Notes under the pieces: model-generated
What the model was told of the DNA's origin: nothing
Seen by the model: only the letters and a program-made list of their open reading frames with translations
Database searches by the model: none
DNA from: Thermoproteota archaeon
GTDB taxonomy: Archaea > Asgardarchaeota > Jordiarchaeia > Jordiarchaeales > Freyrarchaeaceae
Direction: 5' to 3'
DNA length: 20,143 nucleotides
Assembly: GCA_029258835.1 (NCBI GenBank)
Contig: JAPDJY010000064.1
Location: forward strand, 1 to 20,143
In this document: positions 16,616 to 20,143 of the stretch, piece by piece
Layout: each line of letters begins with the position of its first letter
Numbering within the stretch: the stretch's first letter is position 1
Position numbers and translations under genes: made by a program

Positions 16616-17884
16616 TTGAACGTTGAAGGGCTTAGGGTTTGCATCGCCAGCCAGTCCTTCTACCCTTTCGCCGGCGGCGTCTCATACTACCTGTACTACT
16701 TCACTCAGGAACTTCTCAGGCGCGGCGTCGAAGTACTGCAGGTTCACCTTGGTAAGTCCTCGCTTCCAAGCTTCGAAGTCGTTGAGGGAGTCAAGGTTTA
16801 CAGGGTCGACTTGGGGGAGGAAGAGAACTGGAGGAGGTACGCATCCTTTAAGGAGAAGTTGTACGAGCAGATTCATGGTTTGAGGAGGGAAGGCGAGTGG
16901 AGCTGGGACGGGTATGATGCCTTCGAACTCTTCGACAGGACAATGGCTTCGAAGATAATGGAACTCTACGAGGATGAAGGGTTTAGCATTGTCAACCTGC
17001 ACGACTGGCAGGTTTTTCTGGTTCCAGAATTTCTGAACGTGCCCGTCCCGGTGGTTTACACGTGGCATGTCCCGTTCACGGAGAAGATGGGGGAAGATTT
17101 AGGTAGGAAAGCAGCTAAGCGGCTGAACATGTGCAACATGGTCGTCTTCTCCACCCAGAGATACGTTAAGCACGCGGCTAGCCTTGGGGTTCCAGAGTGG
17201 AAGCTCAGGTGCATTCACCCATTCGTTGACCCTGAAAGGTTTAGCATTCCGGACTCGGAGGGGGATGCGTTCAGGGAGAAGTGGGGGATCCCCCCTGACG
17301 GAGAGGTGGTTCTCTGCGTTGCACGGATAGACCCTGTTAAGAGCCACGAGGATCTCTTAAAGGCCTTCCTCCTAGTTAAGGAGGAGAGGGAGAACGCGAA
17401 GCTGGTATGCGTGGGGGATGGATCCCTAAGCGAGAACGTGCTTGGAATTAGGGATGAAAGAAAGGAGAGGATCTTCAGGTTGATCGATGACTTGGGGTTG
17501 GGGGAGGATGTTGTTTTTACGGGGTACTTGCCACACGAGGATCTTCCGAAGGCGTATAAGATGGCTGACGTCGTCGTTCTCCCATCGAAGATGGAAGGGT
17601 TCGGCTTGTCCCTGACGGAGGCTATGGCTTCGAGTAAGCCGGTCGTAGCGTACGACGTGGGGGGAGTGGGCGTCCAGGTTAAAGACGGGGTTAACGGTTT
17701 CCTCGTGGACCCGGGAGACATTGAAGGGTTCGCAGGCAGGATAACCCGGCTCCTGTCCGACAGCGAGCTTAGGGGGCGGATGGGGGCTGCCGCCAAGAGG
17801 ACGGTCGAGGAGATGTTCGACGTGAGGAAGGCCGTAGACAGGTACATAGAGGTTTTTGGAGAGGTCTTGGAGAGGGAAAAATGA
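16616..17884 (+). CDS. GT4 (GT-B) glycosyltransferase with trehalose-synthase-like motifs
   Basis: FYPFAGG, HDWQ, WHVPF, ARIDPVK and EGFGLSLTEAM (E-X7-E). Confidence 0.9.
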   Translation: MNVEGLRVCIASQSFYPFAGGVSYYLYYFTQELLRRGVEVLQVHLGKSSLPSFEVVEGVKVYRVDLGEEENWRRYASFKEKLYEQIHGLRREGEWSWDGYDAFELFDRTMASKIMELYEDEGFSIVNLHDWQVFLVPEFLNVPVPVVYTWHVPFTEKMGEDLGRKAAKRLNMCNMVVFSTQRYVKHAASLGVPEWKLRCIHPFVDPERFSIPDSEGDAFREKWGIPPDGEVVLCVARIDPVKSHEDLLKAFLLVKEERENAKLVCVGDGSLSENVLGIRDERKERIFRLIDDLGLGEDVVFTGYLPHEDLPKAYKMADVVVLPSKMEGFGLSLTEAMASSKPVVAYDVGGVGVQVKDGVNGFLVDPGDIEGFAGRITRLLSDSELRGRMGAAAKRTVEEMFDVRKAVDRYIEVFGEVLEREK

Positions 17885-19125
17885 AGATTTGCCTCCTGAG
17901 CTACAGGGGTAATATGAGCTGCGGCGGTCAAGGAGTATACCTCTATTACGTTTCAAGGGAGCTTGCAAGGCTTGGACACGACGTCCACGTGATCGTTGGC
18001 CCACCATACCCGTTCGAGATGGACTGGGCTACCGTCCACAAGATCAAGACGCCTCAGTTCAGCGAGTTTACCGGGGAGCGCCTGACAGCCGAGAACCTAT
18101 CCGTTCTCTCAGCGTACGAGTACACTGCAGCCAGCATAGGGGTCTTCCCTGAAATGTTCAGCTTCAGCATAAGGGCGTTCTTCAAGGTCAAGGAACTAAT
18201 CAAAAAAGAGAGGTTCGACATAATCCATGATAACCAGAGCCTAGGGTACGGTCTGCTCTTAATGAAGGCTTTGGGGATGCCTGTCGTAGCAACGATCCAC
18301 CATCCGTTAACTATTGACAGGATTGTTGCGATGAGGCTTGCAAGGACGAGCAGGGAGCGCTTCAAGCAGATACTCTTCTACCCCATGTTCATGCAGAAGG
18401 TAGTGGCTAGGTTCCTAGATAAGGTGGTTACTGTTTCGAACACTTCGGCAAGGAACATCAGGAAGCACTTCAAGCTTCCATGGGAGAAGATAAAGGTTAT
18501 ACACAACGGAGTCGACACCGACGTTTTCAGGATGCGGGACGGCGGGAGCAGAGACGGCGACTACTACAGGCTCATGTTCGTCGGGAACACTGATAACAGG
18601 GTTAAGGGCGTAAGCCTCCTCCTCAGGGCGTTAAAGTACATGAAGGAGGAGCTGGAACTTAACGTGAAGCTCACCATAGTTGACAGGTGGAAGGAGGAGG
18701 GGCTGGCACCCCCACTCATAAAGGAGTACGGGCTGGAGGAAGACGTCTCCTTCACCGGCTTCCTGACTGTAGAGGAGCTGGCCCAGCACTACGCAATGAC
18801 GGACCTCGTTATAATCTCCTCGATGTTCGAGGGCTTCTGCTTTGTGGCAGCTGAAGCCATGGCTTGCGGTAAGCCTGTTGTAGGGTTCAGGGTTGGCGCG
18901 CTCCCAGAGGTCGTCGAGAACGGGTCAACCGGGATACTGGTTGAGCCGGGAAACTGGAAGGCTCTAGCCCACGCGGCAGCTAAGGTTCTGGAGGACAGGG
19001 AGTTAAGGGAGCGGATGGGAAGGAATGGGAGAAGGAGGGTTGAGAAGCTCTACACGTGGGAGAAGGTGGCTAGGGAGTTAGAGGAGGTTTACATGGAGGT
19101 TTTGGATGCTAACCATAAACCTTAG
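17881..19125 (+). CDS. GT4 glycosyltransferase
   Basis: LLSYRGNMSCGGQGVY, HDNQSLGYG, TIHHP and EGFCFVAAEAMACG (E-X7-E). ATGA overlap with the upstream GT. Confidence 0.92.
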   Translation: MKICLLSYRGNMSCGGQGVYLYYVSRELARLGHDVHVIVGPPYPFEMDWATVHKIKTPQFSEFTGERLTAENLSVLSAYEYTAASIGVFPEMFSFSIRAFFKVKELIKKERFDIIHDNQSLGYGLLLMKALGMPVVATIHHPLTIDRIVAMRLARTSRERFKQILFYPMFMQKVVARFLDKVVTVSNTSARNIRKHFKLPWEKIKVIHNGVDTDVFRMRDGGSRDGDYYRLMFVGNTDNRVKGVSLLLRALKYMKEELELNVKLTIVDRWKEEGLAPPLIKEYGLEEDVSFTGFLTVEELAQHYAMTDLVIISSMFEGFCFVAAEAMACGKPVVGFRVGALPEVVENGSTGILVEPGNWKALAHAAAKVLEDRELRERMGRNGRRRVEKLYTWEKVARELEEVYMEVLDANHKP

Positions 19126-19819
19126 CATATTCAAGGTGAAAGAGGACGACTTGATCCTAGATGCCGGGTGTGGGGATGGGAGGCACACCCTCGAGGTGGC
19201 TAAGAGGCCGTGCTTCCTTGTAGCCCTAGACACGTCCTTCATAGACCTCCTTAGGGTGCTCTTCGCCCTTAGACTCATGGAGAACAACGGAGAGGTTAAG
19301 GCAGAGGTTGACCTAGTGAGGGGGGACGTGAGGAGGCTCCCCTTCAGGAGCCAGTCCTTTTCTAAGGTTATTTGCACAGAGGTGCTGGAGCACGTACGGG
19401 AGGATAGGGAGGCGATAAGGGAGGTCGTGAGGATCATGAAGGATGGTGGGGTTGCCGCCGTAAGCGTCCCCACGAGGGTTTCGGAGAGGTTGTATGGCAG
19501 GCTCTCAGCCAAGTACTTCAGGACGCCGGGGGGGCACATTAGAATTTACAAGGCGGAGAACCTTAGGAGGAAGCTTCAGGATGGAGGGTTAAAGGTTGTT
19601 AGGGTTTGCTACGAGCACGCCTTGCACACGGTTTACTGGCTTCTCAAGTGCCTTGCAGGACTCGACAACGACGATGCGATCATACCAGCACTTTGGAGGG
19701 TTCTCCTGGTCTACTCCTCGATGGTTAAACCCCTCAGGAAAATAGAGGAGTTTCTAAACCACGTTTTCCCGAAAAGCATAGTTTTCTACCTCAGGAAGGC
19801 GTCCGGCGGCGAGCATTAG
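19106..19819 (+). CDS. Class I SAM-dependent methyltransferase
   Basis: ILDAGCGDGRH (motif I), GDVRRLPF, ICTEVLEHV, SVP, GGHIRIY. Overlaps the GT 3' end. Confidence 0.92.
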   Translation: MLTINLSIFKVKEDDLILDAGCGDGRHTLEVAKRPCFLVALDTSFIDLLRVLFALRLMENNGEVKAEVDLVRGDVRRLPFRSQSFSKVICTEVLEHVREDREAIREVVRIMKDGGVAAVSVPTRVSERLYGRLSAKYFRTPGGHIRIYKAENLRRKLQDGGLKVVRVCYEHALHTVYWLLKCLAGLDNDDAIIPALWRVLLVYSSMVKPLRKIEEFLNHVFPKSIVFYLRKASGGEH

Positions 19820-19932
19820 CACATGGACCGGTAGAGTGAACGCATGCTACACTCGAGCTGGCGGCGCCGGGGGGTAAAAGTTTTAAACATGATGAGATAT
19901 ACACTTGTTTAACTTTGGAAGAGGGGATCTTG

Positions 19933-20143
19933 ATGAGGACGCTGCTCGTGAACACGCCCTACTGGTTCTCGGAGTGCCCGACCATCCCCTTAGGGATAAC
20001 CTACCTTGCGGCGGTGCTGGAAAAGAACGGCTTTGAAGTTGAAGTATTAGACCTGCTCGTTTCAAGGTACTCCGACGAGAAGGTTGTCAGGAAGGTTGAG
20101 GAGTATAAGCCTGACGTGGTCGGCGCCACCTCCGTCACAATGA
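19933..20143 (+). CDS. Cobalamin-binding domain protein, probably B12-dependent radical SAM enzyme (5' part, truncated by window)
   Basis: Not in the ORF track. MRTLLVNTP...PLGITYLAAVLEKNGFEVEVLD...KPDVVGATSVTM is the characteristic N-terminus of B12-binding radical SAM proteins. ATG 19933 (or TTG 19930) follows GAGGGG. The CxxxCxxC motif is not within the window. Confidence 0.85.
   Translation, partial: MRTLLVNTPYWFSECPTIPLGITYLAAVLEKNGFEVEVLDLLVSRYSDEKVVRKVEEYKPDVVGATSVTM

Noticed and set aside
15455-18007. Long antisense ORFs (e.g. 15455-16072, 17215-17931, 17426-18007) and similar shadow ORFs across the window
   Set aside because: They lie opposite well-supported genes and have Ser/Pro/Leu-rich, motif-free translations typical of antisense frames.
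1-20143. CRISPR array, tRNA, rRNA, integrase or transposase gene
   Set aside because: I saw no regularly spaced repeats, tRNA T-loop consensus, rRNA-like segment or recombinase motifs on manual reading.

Overview
Archaeal chromosomal segment, judged from GGAGG/GAGGTG Shine-Dalgarno sites, TTTATA/TTTAAA boxes, frequent GTG/TTG starts and the gene families present. An Asgard or related thermophilic lineage is plausible but is inference only. From left to right: the 5' part of an aldehyde:ferredoxin oxidoreductase with its 2x[4Fe-4S] ferredoxin; an intact HEPN-MNT toxin-antitoxin pair; a secreted, C-terminally anchored surface protein; a hairpin-rich 454-bp intergenic region resembling an IS200/IS605-type non-autonomous relic; an acyl-CoA ligase; a second HEPN-MNT pair whose HEPN is a pseudogene missed by the ORF track; an acyl-CoA catabolic cluster (ThDP enzyme, 3-hydroxyacyl-CoA dehydrogenase-like protein, two-subunit CoA-transferase, cupin, SDR); an HprK/PEPCK-like P-loop protein convergent with a Roadblock/LC7 gene; an MBL hydrolase, endonuclease III and a small hypothetical protein; and a GT4-GT4-SAM methyltransferase operon followed by the start of a B12-binding (probably radical SAM) gene. 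I recognised no tRNA, rRNA or CRISPR array. All family calls come from reading motifs, not from database searches.
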